A stretch of DNA of 63,972 nt, counting the filler, from Salisapilia sapeloensis CBS 127946 (lineage: Eukaryota; Protista; Oomycota): NCBI GenBank assembly GCA_023334545.1. It is 10 parts of 10 records of this genome, joined end to end, with 100 filler letters (N's around TTAATTAATTAA, not from the genome) between each part and the next. Parts side by side here need not be neighbours in the genome. Positions count along the whole stretch, not along the records: positions 19,436 to 25,010 come from JAADVB010000608.1; positions 25,111 to 55,843 come from JAADVB010000221.1; 8 more parts are not named here. One strand, 5' to 3'. Below are positions 21,191 through 33,008 of this stretch, piece after piece. The notes beneath the pieces were generated by a model. The model ran no database searches. It was not told where the DNA came from and worked only from the letters and a program-made list of their open reading frames with translations. Positions within the stretch are counted from its first letter, which is position 1. Each line of letters opens with the position of its first letter. Both the position numbers and the translations under genes were made by a program.

Positions 21191-23545
21191 TCATGCCGGC
21201 AGCCACGCCGACTCGCCCGTCCGACGGTTGTACTTGTACGAGCACTGGTACTCGTCGCTCCAGAAAACCTCTTCTTCATCGTCTTCTTTATCTCCATCTT
21301 CTTGTACATTTGTGCATTCCTCCTCTTCTTCGATCGCATCGTCGATCTTCTCTGTAACGTGGACGATCGGCGTCGGGACTCGAGTGTCTCCCGTCGTCGA
21401 CTTGGCCGAACGAGCTTGCTTGCGTTCCGCGAGGTACTGTTGGATCTGCCGTCGCTTCGCCTGCCGCTTCTGCATCTCGGCCGCCACGATACGACACCGC
21501 TTCCGCTCCAGCCGACCTGCTCTCCTCGCGAGGCAGTACCTCCACGCGCGTTGGATGCGTCTCGTAGCCTGAGCTTGGGCCTCCTCCATTTGATCAATGA
21601 CTCTTTGCAACTCCAACTCCCGACGAAGACGAATTTCTCTTTTTTGCTTGACTTCGTGCCATCGAACAAGACGCTGGCGACACCAGCGCTGGATTACCAT
21701 GCCTGCCTCGCTTCGAAGTCTTCCAACAGCTTCTCGAGCTCGCTCTTCCTCCGCTTCCTTTTCCTTCTGGCATCGATATCGATACGCCCGCCGTTCGCGA
21801 TACCATCGCTGGACACGAATGGATCCTGCTATGCGTGCCGTGTACGACGTGGACGCCAGCAGACCGACCTTACTCAGGACGGACTGCCTCTTCCACTTTG
21901 TCGCAGTGTAGACTACGCTCAAGGCACAGGCTTCCTGCAGCCATTGACCAATAAACTGGTCTGCCGAGTGCCGAGCACGACGGACCATACACAGCTTTTG
22001 CATCGCTCGGTGGATGACGAAAGCCGCTTGCTGCTCTTCCCTCTTGACATCTCGACGCAGTCTCCACCGACGCTGGATGGCCAAGACGGCACTCTGGACG
22101 ATGACCAAGTGATGTCGATGGCTTTGGGACGACGTTGCGCCATCCAAGCGCATCCGTAGCGCCGTTCGAAAGGTGCGGTACAGCGTGTTGGAAGCCCGAT
22201 GTCGACGGAAAGCTCGCTGGATCCGGTACACCGCCCGCGCTTGGGTAGTCTCGAGGCCAGTGGACCTCCGTCTAGAATAAAAGTGCCAGGCCGTGGCGAT
22301 GCGTCGGGCCTTTTGGCGCCGTCGCTCGACCGCGCGCCGATGGTACCAGCCTCTGACATGCCGTTGGATGGCTGTCGCGGAGCCCTCGAGCTCGACCTCC
22401 GCCGTCACTTGGTCTACCACAGAACTGACGACGTCTGATTCGACTGCCGTGCACCACCTCCTGTAGACACTCCTCACACCCCATTGCGCGGACACTCGAT
22501 GGAAGACTCTGACCAGCGTCATGCCGGCGTGCAAAGTCGCCTGCAACCTCTTGGCGAGGCGTGTCCGGTACGTTCTCTGGATCCTCTTCGCAGCTCTCGA
22601 CCTCCTCAGAACCGAAAGCTGGACGTCGCGTCTGTTCCTCCACGCTCGTCGGACGAAGCGTTGTATACGAATGACGGCGTTTCTAGACACCAAGTACCTT
22701 CGGCGACAAGCATGCGACCGAGCATGCTTCTGGATGCACGTCGCTTTCATAAATTCGAATTGGGTGCGCTTCATTCGTCTCAGCGTTTCTACTCGTCTAG
22801 AAGCATGCCACCTCCGACACTCGACCTGGATGACCACGCACGCGGCGTCCTCCTCGAGCGCTCGCTGATGAGTAACGCTAGCCTGCCACTGCAAGAGCAA
22901 GCACCGCTTCGAGGTTTCCGCTTGTCGGAGGTAGGATGCCAGCAGCCTCTTGATGCTGTCTCTCTGCTTGCGTTCGAGTGCTCGAGCGTTGGCGACGAGG
23001 CGAATCCATCGTCTCCAGCGATGGCGGACTTGGGCGCGACTGACGAGCTCCAAGGAGAGGATGAACACTTCTCTCCGCAGCTCCCGGGAGCAACCGGTCG
23101 TGACGAGGCGGCGCAGCGGAAGTCGCGTCCGAGCCCAGGTGATTTCGTTCCGGAGCTTGTGGGCGATGGAGGTCTGGTGGTGAGAGACTGTCTCCAGGCC
23201 GCACCGGAGTCTGTGGATGCAGAGACGGATGGCTTTGGTGTCCGCTTGGTCAGGCACTGGGAGGCTGTTCACGGAGTAGAAGAGCTCATTCGAGAGGCAC
23301 GATCGGCCTGCCCGTGTGAAGTGGACACTTGGCTTGCCGAGAGCCTCGACCTTCTCCCCTGCATACTGCTGTCGCCTGCTTCTGTCCTGGTTCCTGCTCT
23401 TGTGTTTGGTCGGTGCCGTCGGGTAATTCGCACGGGTAGCGATGATGTCCTCGCCATAGACCCAAGAGGGCTGCTCCCTGTCGTCAGTGCTGTCCGAGCC
23501 AAGCAGCCTCGCAAGCTGCTGTACCGACAGGAGCTCGCTGCTCAT
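21191..23545 (-). CDS. Multi-IQ-motif (calmodulin-binding) protein with a C-terminal WW-like module
   Basis: About 10 IQ motifs (IQKHARSHACRRRY, IQRFVRR, IQRHVRGW, IQRAFRR, IQRAWR and others). C-terminus WSDEYQCSYKYNRRTGESAW. Confidence 0.8.
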   Translation of the reverse strand: MSSELLSVQQLARLLGSDSTDDREQPSWVYGEDIIATRANYPTAPTKHKSRNQDRSRRQQYAGEKVEALGKPSVHFTRAGRSCLSNELFYSVNSLPVPDQADTKAIRLCIHRLRCGLETVSHHQTSIAHKLRNEITWARTRLPLRRLVTTGCSRELRREVFILSLELVSRAQVRHRWRRWIRLVANARALERKQRDSIKRLLASYLRQAETSKRCLLLQWQASVTHQRALEEDAACVVIQVECRRWHASRRVETLRRMKRTQFEFMKATCIQKHARSHACRRRYLVSRNAVIRIQRFVRRAWRNRRDVQLSVLRRSRAAKRIQRTYRTRLAKRLQATLHAGMTLVRVFHRVSAQWGVRSVYRRWCTAVESDVVSSVVDQVTAEVELEGSATAIQRHVRGWYHRRAVERRRQKARRIATAWHFYSRRRSTGLETTQARAVYRIQRAFRRHRASNTLYRTFRTALRMRLDGATSSQSHRHHLVIVQSAVLAIQRRWRLRRDVKREEQQAAFVIHRAMQKLCMVRRARHSADQFIGQWLQEACALSVVYTATKWKRQSVLSKVGLLASTSYTARIAGSIRVQRWYRERRAYRYRCQKEKEAEEERAREAVGRLRSEAGMVIQRWCRQRLVRWHEVKQKREIRLRRELELQRVIDQMEEAQAQATRRIQRAWRYCLARRAGRLERKRCRIVAAEMQKRQAKRRQIQQYLAERKQARSAKSTTGDTRVPTPIVHVTEKIDDAIEEEEECTNVQEDGDKEDDEEEVFWSDEYQCSYKYNRRTGESAWLPA

Positions 23546-23768
23546 GTTTCGACCGGCGCTGAGGGACCATATCTGCGAGAAGCTGCAGAACGTCTAAATA
23601 TAGCGGTGGATGACGCAGGGACAGGAGAACAGCATAAGGCGGAAGACACGCGAGGCAGAGGACACGAACGCACACCGATGAAGGAATGAACGCAAGACCA
23701 CGCAGATTGAACTCCATTGAAATTGTTTCTTGCTTCTTATAAGACCACAACCGATAGCAGGAACGGCG

Positions 23769-24863
23769 CTAGTCGCAGTCGTACACGACGCCGATCTGAC
23801 GCCGGCACTCGTCCATGATCTTGGCCAGGTCCAGCGACTCGTCCAGCGGAAACTCCTCGTGCTCCTTCTTGCCGGCCTGGATGGCCTCCGTCACGGCCTT
23901 TGCCTGGTAGTAGAACCCGCTCGAGCCGCCGTGGAGGAACTCGGTCGCGCTCGGAGCCGCCTCGATGATCGGGAACTCGGACGTCTTCTCGCTCATCGAC
24001 CCGTCCTCTTGCTGCGCCCACACGGTCACTTTGGAAGGACAGTGGAACATGCCGTGTACCAAGATACGTCCCTTGCTGCCCGTGATGCTCAGCGTCTCCG
24101 GCATGCTGGCGAGACACGACGTCTGGAGCGTCGCGAACTTACTGCCGGCGTACTGGAGCGTCATCGAGGCGTACGCGTCTACCTCGGTGGAGCTCAGCTC
24201 CCCCACGGCCGTGATCTTCGAAGGCTTGGAGCCTAGCACCATGCTCGCAGCCGCCAGGACGTAGATGCCCAGGTCCAGGATGCCTCCGCCGCCGAGCTTG
24301 CGGTCCCACAGACGGACATTCTCCGGCGACATGAAGAAACCCATCGAAGCGTCGACATGGTGCACATCTCCGATGACGCCTTCGCCCAGCAGCTTCCGGA
24401 CGTGGCGCATGACCGGGAAGAAGCGCGTCCACATGCCTTCCATGAAGAAGAGCTGCTTCTCTCTGGCCACTGCGACCATCTCCTGCGCCTGCTTGTGGTT
24501 CATGGCCATGGGCTTTTCCAGCAGAACGTGCTTCCCGGCGTTCAAAGCCTGCAGAGCGTTCTCGTAGTGGGACATGTTGAGCGTGCCAATGTACACGACG
24601 TCCACCTCGGGGTCGGCGCAAATCTCGGCGTAGGATCCGTACGCCTTTGTGATGCCTGCCATCATCTATGTGAGTGGGGAATGCGTTCGAGTCGTACATA
24701 CGAAAGAGGTACCGTGCTTGGTGGCGAAGGCCTGCGCCGACTCGAGCGAGCGTGCTGCACATGCCTGGAACACGGCCTCGTCCTTGGACATGTTCTTCAT
24801 GGCGTTCACAAAGTCGCTCGTGATGCGGCCGAGGCCGATGAATCCCCAACGTAGCGGCGCCAT
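23769..24863 (-). CDS. Gfo/Idh/MocA oxidoreductase (dihydrodiol / D-xylose dehydrogenase, DHDH-like), 2 exons
   Basis: LRWGFIGLGRIT, DVVYIGT..HYE, GKHVLLEKP, FMEGMWTRFFP and GGGILDLGIY. The intron at 24712-24656 joins KHG-ITKAYGS. Confidence 0.92.
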
Positions 24864-25010
24864 TCTAGTCTTCTAAAGTATGCCGGAGGTACCTTGCACT
24901 GATGCGAACGTTGTCAAAGTCGCACTCTCCTCGCTCCGATGCAAATGAGAGGCCGAAAACTTTGCTGCTTGGATCGTGGTTGAAGACGACAACAGATGGA
25001 ATGCCCGAAA

Positions 25011-25110
25011 NNNNNNNNNNNNNNNNNNNNNNNNNNNNNNNNNNNNNNNNNNNNTTAATTAATTAANNNNNNNNNNNNNNNNNNNNNNNNNNNNNNNNNN
25101 NNNNNNNNNN
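25011..25110. other. Artificial contig spacer
   Basis: N44-TTAATTAATTAA-N44. Confidence 0.98.
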
Positions 25111-25356
25111 TCGGAAGACACGATCGTGAACGCTCTGGACAACGGTTGGCTGTCCCAGGCAGTGTTGGACGTTTTTGAGCAGGAACCTCTTTCGGAAGAC
25201 AGCAAGCTATGGGACCATCCGAAGGTGCACTTGACTCCTCACGTGGCGGGTCTAAGCTACCCAGAGGAGTCCGCAGAAGTGTTCGTGTCCAACTTGGACG
25301 CGTATGTATCGGGTAAATCTCTTAAGTACAAGGTGAACTGGGAACTCGGATACTAG
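25111..25356 (+). CDS. D-isomer-specific 2-hydroxyacid dehydrogenase, 3' fragment (paralogue of 41458-42600)
   Basis: AVLDVFEQEPL..SKLWDHPKVHLTPHVAG. Confidence 0.88.
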   Translation, partial: SEDTIVNALDNGWLSQAVLDVFEQEPLSEDSKLWDHPKVHLTPHVAGLSYPEESAEVFVSNLDAYVSGKSLKYKVNWELGY

Positions 25357-25533
25357 ACACTCCATACGAAGATCATGTGCAGTATTCTAAATACCAAATA
25401 GACAAGGGTCTTTCCACCTTTCAACGTACAAAAGCAATCGTGATCTGCCTGATCATTGTCTTTTAGTCACAGATAGCTATATGTCATGACAGGAAATTGA
25501 ATTTGGAAAACGATTTTTTTGTGACTTCCAGGA

Positions 25534-26669
25534 CTACAACTTGGCGTTTTTCGGTTTGGTCATGTCGACGACGACTTTACCAATGTTCTTGCGTGCGTAC
25601 ATAAAGTCAATCGCGTCAGCGACATCGTGGAGACCGTAGAACTTGGTCGGGTCGACACCAGGGTTCAAGACGCCACGGTCCACAAGCATAGCCAACTTCT
25701 TCGCATGCGCAGCAGTATGCTTGCCATAGTTGTTCAGGAAGAATCCACGCACAGACGCTGACTTACGCAGCAACTTCATCTGCAAGGGTGTCTTTACCTT
25801 GGTGTCCACTGCTTTCCACGAGCTACTGTCCTGGTACCCGGCAATGGCACCGATGACAATTAGTCGGCCACACACCGCGAGGTTGTTGACGCACACATCG
25901 AACATGTCGCCACCGACACTTTCGAAAACGAGATCGACTCCCTTCGGGTACTCTTTCTTGAGCACGTCGAACACGTTTTCCTTGCGGTAGTTGATCGCAC
26001 GGTCGCATCCGATAGACTTGAGGTACTCGACCTTGTCTTCCGAGCTGCACGTGCCAATGACATGGTTTCCAGCTAGTTTGGCAAGCTGGACGGCGAACTG
26101 ACCAGTTGCGCCAGCAGCAGCAGTCACTAGGATAGTTTCACCGTGGGTCATGTTGCCGACCTGCTCCAAGGCCAAGGAGGCAGTGAGCCCGCCGACGGAG
26201 ATGGGGAGGAGAGCAGGTGCAGCGGCCGGGATCTTGCTCAAATGACGCTCCTTGCGGACCATGTGCTCTGCAAAAGCTCCATAGGCTATAGAGGTGTACT
26301 TAATACTTATATCTAGAACTTGTATCGTATGTGTACGTACTCATGGAGGAGACGGCATCTCCTTTCTTCAGGGTTTTGCAATTCGGACCAACGTCGATGA
26401 CAACACCGACTAAGGCAAGGATTTTAAAATATGCTTATGCAATATCAAAGACAGTACATACGAGCTTCAAAACCACAGTCGAACGGTGGCTGGACGCCTG
26501 GCAAGTATGCTCCGTTCGTAAAGTTGATATCGGAGGCATTGACACCAATGTACTTGGTCTCAACAAGGACTTCACCTTGCTTTAACTGCGGAACATCAAA
26601 CTCCTCGACTTTTGTGCATTCACGAAAGTTAGAGGAAAGCTTCTGACAGACAATCTTGTGCGACTTCAT
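25534..26669 (-). CDS. PTGR3: Zn-independent MDR oxidoreductase, prostaglandin reductase 3 / ZADH2-like, 3 exons
   Basis: GVNASDINFTNG, CGFEA, TAAAGATGQFAVQLAK, GVDLVFESVGG and GRLIVIGAIAGY. Two GT-AG introns join ORFs 26445-26669 and 25534-26262. Confidence 0.85.
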
Positions 26670-26815
26670 CGTTCGAGTAGCGAGGGGAATGCCGAAATGG
26701 AGCTTGACAATCTACTCGCGTTTTGTTGACCAAACATAAATATTCTAACTTCAAGTAGATCTTATTCGTTTCAATCTAGCTGTTACGAACGTCTCCCGGC
26801 ACACCACGATCGAGG

Positions 26816-27357
26816 ATGCAGCAGGTGGACGTCGAGGTCGATGCTTCTCGACTAGAACAACATCGTCAAGCTGCTGGTAGACCATCTCTCTCTAATATAC
26901 TTTTCATTTGCTAGGTATATCGGTTGTGTTTTAGCTAGTACTGAATGAAGAATAGAGAATGCCAAAACACAATTGGGCGAGTCGATGCGAGCATTGCAAT
27001 CGGCACAGGATGACTTGTTAAGCTCGAAGCTAGAAAAAGCGATTGATGCACAGAGGAATGTGGAGCAAGCTGCGTTGGATTTGAGTAAAAATACGAACAG
27101 TTTGTATCAAAAGGCTGGAAAGTGGAAGGCAGATCAAAAGCGTTTTCGAGCAGCTCTTGATGTACAAGATCATATAGAGGGAACGATGAATGCAAGCACT
27201 GACTTTGAACGTGTAGGGGTTGGAAAGCTTTGAGGTGTGGGCGAAGACGATGGAACACAGTCTACTTTCCGTTGCTGGAAACTTAGAATATGTATATTCG
27301 GTGATCGAGCGAGAGGAGAATGGGAAGGAGACAACGCCGACTCCAAGACAAAGCTAA
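26816..27357 (+). CDS. BLOC1S1: BLOC-1 subunit 1 (GCN5L1), 3 exons
   Basis: The spliced product ends FEVWAKTMEHSLLSVAGNLEYVY, matching the BLOC1S1 signature (ENWARSIE.D..IA..LEYVY). Confidence 0.75.
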
Positions 27358-27762
27358 ATATAACAGATACATCTGCGCTATAGGAATCGTCTTAGTGTCT
27401 AATATGCTACCTGCTAGGAAATGTGGGCATTGCAGCTACATGATGCTACATTCAGGATAAAACTATCCACCTTGCTTTCATATCTGCCACTGGAAGATAG
27501 ATAAAATGCTCTTCAATTACTGTAGCCTAAATCGATGAGAGTACCCACTAAATATGAAGACAGTCTTTGGGTATCTAGGAACTACGTAATATGTCATAGT
27601 TGCTCTTCAACTACGTCGGAGAATCCTCGTGCTATCTGTCCTGGGCATCAAATGTCCAGTGAATACCGACGCATCCACTACTTCTGAATAAATCCGCTGG
27701 AAAACGTATTCTTTTATATTAGTTTTTGTATACGCTTGACAAGGAATCAAAATATCATCAAT

Positions 27763-28901
27763 ATGGCTCGAACGAAGCCGACCAAAGTACGCAAACCCTC
27801 CCATGCAGCCAATACTTCGACGAAACAACGCAGCAATGTTATCTTTACGCCTCGTGTGTCAATTGCACTAGTATTGCTGGTTGTTGCTATCATTATTGGA
27901 TTGTATGAGTACTCACTACCGACCTTCACGAACGTCTTCACGTACGATTCGAAAGATAATACCTACCTCTCTCGGCACCAAGTTGTCGACAGACTACGCT
28001 ACGATGTTGCATGTCGACGCAGAAAGGTATAACTGCATTCGATAGTACATACCATCATGGATACTCACTTGGGAGTGTAGAAAACGAAGGGATTGGTCGA
28101 TGGCTGTCATCCGTATGGCTCTCATTGCGGTCGCGTCGTCAAAGACAGCTTTGTCACTTTAGATGAAGTGACGCAGCTGCGTGGCATTGCCGAAATAGGC
28201 ATGCAGAATCGATCGAAACTTGGCGGACCGACCATCATGGACATTAACACGGGATATGTGAAAGACGGTGATGGCCTCGTCAACATCTACCAGAGCAGTC
28301 CAAACGCAGACTCCGTTCAGCGCTTTTCTCATGAGCAGTTTGAGCTCTACAGAGAGTAACAATGTTATTGATACAGATACTAGATAATAACTGATCAGAT
28401 TGTAGCGTGATTGAGCGCATTCGGCAGGCAGTGATGGAGGAATTTGAGCTATCGACGCTGTATTTCACTGCTCCAACGTTCATCACACGTATTGTTGGAA
28501 ATGAATCATGGGCACCGACAGATCTTCATGATGAATACTGGTACATATTACAAGGTAGACTGGGAGTGTGCGTTGAACTCAGGTATTCTAGGCATCCGCA
28601 TGTGGACAAGGACAACACGGCGCATTATGACTACTCCGGACTTTTGTACTTAGCTGATTACGAAGATGACTTTACCGGTGGATTGTTTGCGTTCATCGAC
28701 AAGGCGAGTGAACAAGTTGTGGAACCATCTCGAGGAAGACTTATGATGTTTACTGCGAGTAAAGAGAACTTGCATCAAGTGAGGAAAGTCGAATCGGGTG
28801 TACGATACGTCATGAGTATGTGGTTCTCCTGTGATGCTAATCGCGAGTTCACCAACTTCTTGGATGGTCGCATGCACGAACGTTTCCGTCGAGGCGAATA
28901 G
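27763..28901 (+). CDS. OGFOD3: Membrane-anchored 2OG-Fe(II) oxygenase, OGFOD3-like, 4 exons
   Basis: N-terminal transmembrane segment; CGRVVKD and GGPTIMDINTG; WHPHVDK (HxD); DYSGLLYLADY..DFTGG; ENLHQVRKVESGVRY. Three introns of about 50-54 nt. Confidence 0.88.
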
Positions 28902-29770
28902 ACTACCTTGCGACGAACTATCGCCTTTCTTTTCACTTGCATGTCTATTGGTCTTCATGAAGAAGTATAGTGTAGATTTCTTTAATACTCCTTGGAACTC
29001 CGTCATGTGGTTGATAGCCTCTGTCTCGGAATCGCTTTGGAATACTTGAAGAGTACACGGTGGCAGGAGTTCTTCTATTGGCGGTCTGGCAATATAAAGT
29101 CATGGAGAGTAGTAATTAACTTGTCGACTGGTAAGTGCTGAAGTCACTTCCTTTGCACATTATGCACTTGACTTTCTTACTTTTGTGCTGCTTCAACCTA
29201 AATAGTTGGGCACAAGAAGTGTTCTAGTGACAAGCTTGCTGTCGTCGATCAAAGAGCCTTGCGCATACGGTGAGATGGCTAAACGATTCAAATTAAGCAT
29301 AAGGAGAAAGAGGAGACTAGAATGATACAGCTTTATTCTATTCTTTTATTTCAGTGGCTTTTCATTGTCTGGGTTACCATTGAGGAGAGGAATAGATTAG
29401 GCTGCTGCATTTCCACTTGGTCATGAAGTGACTGGGAGACTCCAAAACTTCCAATCAAGTAAGCGCAGAGGTATCGGGTCCCAGTATGGATGATGAATAT
29501 GAACTATAACACGATATTTGGTCCCTTCGATCATGTTTTGAAGTACACTGTGATTGACTTGGGTTCGAATACTGTTTCTAAAGATCTACCATCTACGGGC
29601 TATGTGTACGCCAGCGAGGACTGATTAATTTGTGTGGTATGAAGCTAATGCCGCTAACTCATTAATGGCGGCGCAGAGGGAAAACCACTGAGAGCATTAA
29701 AAATATCGTCTATCGAACCCAATAATAAGAATAGTTTGTCCAGAGAGAAACTGACATTTCATCACCAGCT

Positions 29771-30547
29771 ATGCCTTTAATCTCCAAGAGTTCCACAGTC
29801 TCTTCAGATGTGCTCGCTTCTTTAGACGACTTGGCTAGGCTCCAAAGCGATGTAACTTCCAGTCTAGATCGCTGCGACGCAAGGCAGCAAAAGTTTAAGC
29901 AAAAATATGCTCGAGAGACTCGAAAGCACCGTCAGATCATCTTTGAAGCAGCAGTCAACTCATCCAATATGAACAGTTCAGTGATGCGTATGCTTTCTCA
30001 CTCCACCGATAGCAATGCCGATAAGACGGAGAAGACAGACATTACCGTTTCTGCTAAGCTAAAAAGTCGAGCGTGCAATGCATTCTCTGCCTACAGCAAT
30101 ACCTTTGATATCCACGATCCTAAGTACGAGCATATCCTTCGAGGCCTGAGTTGCTTTTACGTGATTCCAGATGCCATGACAGACTCCGTATGCGATCAGT
30201 GTGGTGCCTTCCGCAGTGTCACGATGCTCGAATCATTGCCTTCGAACTGGTGCCAATACTATAGCGACCTGGCTAAGAAGAACTACTTTTACAATAGTCT
30301 TTCGAAGCAAGTGTCGTGGACACCTCCGAATGGCACAGACGAAGTGTCCAGACATGTTTTCGAGAAAACAGGTGCAGTGGATACCGTTTGTCGGTGCATT
30401 CCATCATCCGAACGTCGCAAGAGGCTGATGCAAAAGTTTAGAGAGTATGCCAAAGACCTGGCTAGGCAAGAAGCTATCAAGCAAAAGATGGACCTCCAAG
30501 GAGCCTTTGAGCAAATTGCTCTACGCGTACTTCATCCAGATGAATAG
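29771..30547 (+). CDS. WW-domain protein, otherwise uncharacterised
   Basis: LPSNWCQYYSDLAKKNYFYNSLSKQVSWTPP; coiled-coil-like termini. Confidence 0.8.
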   Translation: MPLISKSSTVSSDVLASLDDLARLQSDVTSSLDRCDARQQKFKQKYARETRKHRQIIFEAAVNSSNMNSSVMRMLSHSTDSNADKTEKTDITVSAKLKSRACNAFSAYSNTFDIHDPKYEHILRGLSCFYVIPDAMTDSVCDQCGAFRSVTMLESLPSNWCQYYSDLAKKNYFYNSLSKQVSWTPPNGTDEVSRHVFEKTGAVDTVCRCIPSSERRKRLMQKFREYAKDLARQEAIKQKMDLQGAFEQIALRVLHPDE

Positions 30548-30668
30548 AGAGGATACGAATGACGCGACTTTCAATTTATACTTTAGTAAAAAATAAAAGA
30601 TAGAATGACGATGCTTCCGAGCAGCAAAAGTAGTCGGGAGATGAGTTCTTGTCGCTCTTCCTGTTGTC

Positions 30669-31439
30669 TCACTTCGCGCTGTCTTGATTGAAGCGGTTGG
30701 CCTGTTTCGGTCCCGAGGACTGTCTGGATAAAGGTTGGTTGAAACGGCATGGACCAGTTGAAAGTTCCTGAAAAGAGATTCGTCTCTTGATCCCGCTCAT
30801 TCTATCCTCAAATCCATTTCTCAATGACTTGAAGCATATGCCAAAGAATAGCAACTAGTTTATACGTTTGGTGACTGATATCGGCGACGCATTTGGCTCG
30901 CGTCGAGACGCTGTCCACGTGGTCGTTCCGGGACGCCGTCCGCATCCATCTGAGCCGTCGATCTGATGCCATAGAAGCATTCTTAGCTTCAACTCTGCAG
31001 ACCAGGTACTAGCGACAAACCTTGAATCAACACTAGTAGCACCATGGCCATAAACAGGTATGACATTCTCTTCTGAAATGCCTGCTTTGCATACTGGACA
31101 CTCCGAATGTGATCGCATCCACTATTATATACAACCGATCCATGTCACAATCTTTCTGCAGCTGATGTCAGTACATTGGCAACCTACCTGATAGAGGCAT
31201 GTCCAGCTACATGCATGACATTGTAGTGCAAGTCAATGTTTACAAGTTACAAAACGGATTAATCTCCTACAGCTACGACAGTACTATCGAAAATGGAGCA
31301 CATACCAGTACATGTGTCCACATAGAGTCACGACTGGGTTCGACACAGTCTCTAGGCAGATATTACAGTCAAAGAGACTGTTGTCACCCGACCTGAGGCT
31401 CCGACAAGACGTATCGACCTCCGTGGATCCCGTCTCCAT
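30669..31439 (-). CDS. RNF5/RNF185-like C3HC4 RING E3 ligase, multi-exon (3' end tentative)
   Basis: The spliced product reads [54 protein letters not shown]...PERPRGQR. Confidence 0.82.
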
Positions 31440-31709
31440 TTCGCCGCTGCCTTCTGTCTTGTGCCTCTTTTGTCAATCCAATCCAGTCATCACTCTTGCA
31501 ATTTGTATTTAGTCACGGTTTCTATCATCTTACTACCAAAAGCGGACCTCATTGTAGAACCTATCGGTAACGAGACTCTCTCCATTCGTCCTCCAAGTTT
31601 CAAAAGAGCATACACCTCTATTTGCATGTCATAGCAATGCAAAGTTTACACCATTTAATTCTTTATCGACCTGCCCAACGCTACTTATAAAATTGCAAAT
31701 CGACACACA

Positions 31710-33008
31710 CTACGGCCACGCGTCCCGTTTATCCTGCAACGCGAGCTGATGCGAGTACTCGATTAGGAACCGATTGTTCCCGACGCCAAACACATCTCCG
31801 TGCATCAGATACCTGCGCCCACTGCGTTGACCAGTAGAGCTCAGTCTGAAGGCTGTGCCGTTCGTACTCGTCAAGTCCGTGATGTAGAAACCGTCTCCGA
31901 GAAATGACAGCACTGCATGCCTGGCCGAGATAGAACCGTCGTCTGGAATGCAGAGTGCATTGCCAGAGTGCCTTCCTAACGTCACTGCAGTCTTACCGAT
32001 GGTCTGTGCTACGCCGACGAGCGGTCCTTCCGTAAAGACAAGTCGTAAAAACGGATTGCCAGTGGCTAAATTCTCATCAATCGAAGCGACTTGGAACTCG
32101 GTGTCGCCTAGTTTTACATAGTCGCCAATGTCTAGTCGTTTGGGTGCATCTGGCGGAATGAAAACGTACGTTCCGGTTGTACTTCCAAGGTCACGTAGGA
32201 AATATTCTTTTTCTAGCGGATCGTATTGAATCTGGAAGTGGTGACGACTGACGTAGGCATCATTTAATACGATATGATTGTCAGAGTGACGACCACCTTT
32301 GGCACCTTCCCTCGGATGAAGCAGGATTTTCGTATTCCGTTCCAGTCGTGGCTCACTCTGGATGGGAGAGGACGAAACGCTGGTATTAGATGAGGAGGAG
32401 GAGTGAACGGAAGACAAGTCTGGAGAGCTTTTACTAGCAGGTAGCTTCCGATCGGACGTCAGGGACGTGATGACGAGCAAGTCTAGCTCGTCAATGTCCA
32501 ATTCGCTATTGCTTTGGACACGAGCGAGAAGACTCCCTGCGCTGGACTTTTGGGACAGAGCATGGATCTCACTCGACCATTTCATAGGGAAGTTGCGTGT
32601 CATGACGTGGAAAGCTCGTTGCGTGAGACGACGTATGGGTGCATGGAGGCGATACTTTCTCGATAAGAGGATGGCGCACATCCACGTGAGCACTAGGAGA
32701 GGTGAAAGTAACCACTGGGTGTAATACACAAGCTGCCTCCAAAACGATATTGGCACATCTAGATCAGCGATGGACATGTCATTCGTGTTGTGCATTTCCT
32801 TGTCCGGGAGCGAAATGGTCGAGAGCTCGTCCAAGTGTGCTGTCGCGGTTCGATAAACGTAAGTGGCGGAGGCAGCGATCATGCCGGTGCATAGACCCAT
32901 ATTCACCCACGCCCGAGATGGGTTCGACGATCGGCTTCCCATCCCCATGGTCGATTTTTCTTCTGCCGTCTCCGAATGCCTTGAAGTAGGCAGACAAGAC
33001 GGGTTCAT
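31710..33008 (-). CDS. Membrane-anchored tandem-FHA protein
   Basis: FHA1 GR..VSRHHFQI..DLGSTTGT and FHA2 LGRHSGN..ISARHAVL..DLTSTNGT; two hydrophobic N-terminal segments. Confidence 0.85.
   Translation of the reverse strand: MNPSCLPTSRHSETAEEKSTMGMGSRSSNPSRAWVNMGLCTGMIAASATYVYRTATAHLDELSTISLPDKEMHNTNDMSIADLDVPISFWRQLVYYTQWLLSPLLVLTWMCAILLSRKYRLHAPIRRLTQRAFHVMTRNFPMKWSSEIHALSQKSSAGSLLARVQSNSELDIDELDLLVITSLTSDRKLPASKSSPDLSSVHSSSSSNTSVSSSPIQSEPRLERNTKILLHPREGAKGGRHSDNHIVLNDAYVSRHHFQIQYDPLEKEYFLRDLGSTTGTYVFIPPDAPKRLDIGDYVKLGDTEFQVASIDENLATGNPFLRLVFTEGPLVGVAQTIGKTAVTLGRHSGNALCIPDDGSISARHAVLSFLGDGFYITDLTSTNGTAFRLSSTGQRSGRRYLMHGDVFGVGNNRFLIEYSHQLALQDKRDAWP

Noticed and set aside
20380-23689. Long plus-strand ORFs (20380-21357, 21302-22159, 22484-23689)
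   Set aside because: Antisense shadows of the zinc-finger and IQ genes in GC-rich sequence.
29555-29580. GGGTTCGAAT (T-loop-like) suggesting a tRNA
   Set aside because: No cloverleaf stems or D-arm can be formed around it.
28650-29650. Possible extra multi-exon minus-strand gene (LYIARPPIEELLPP...MTEFQGVLKK) overlapping the OGFOD3 3' end
   Set aside because: I could not build a consistent exon chain or recognise a family; it needs RNA-seq.
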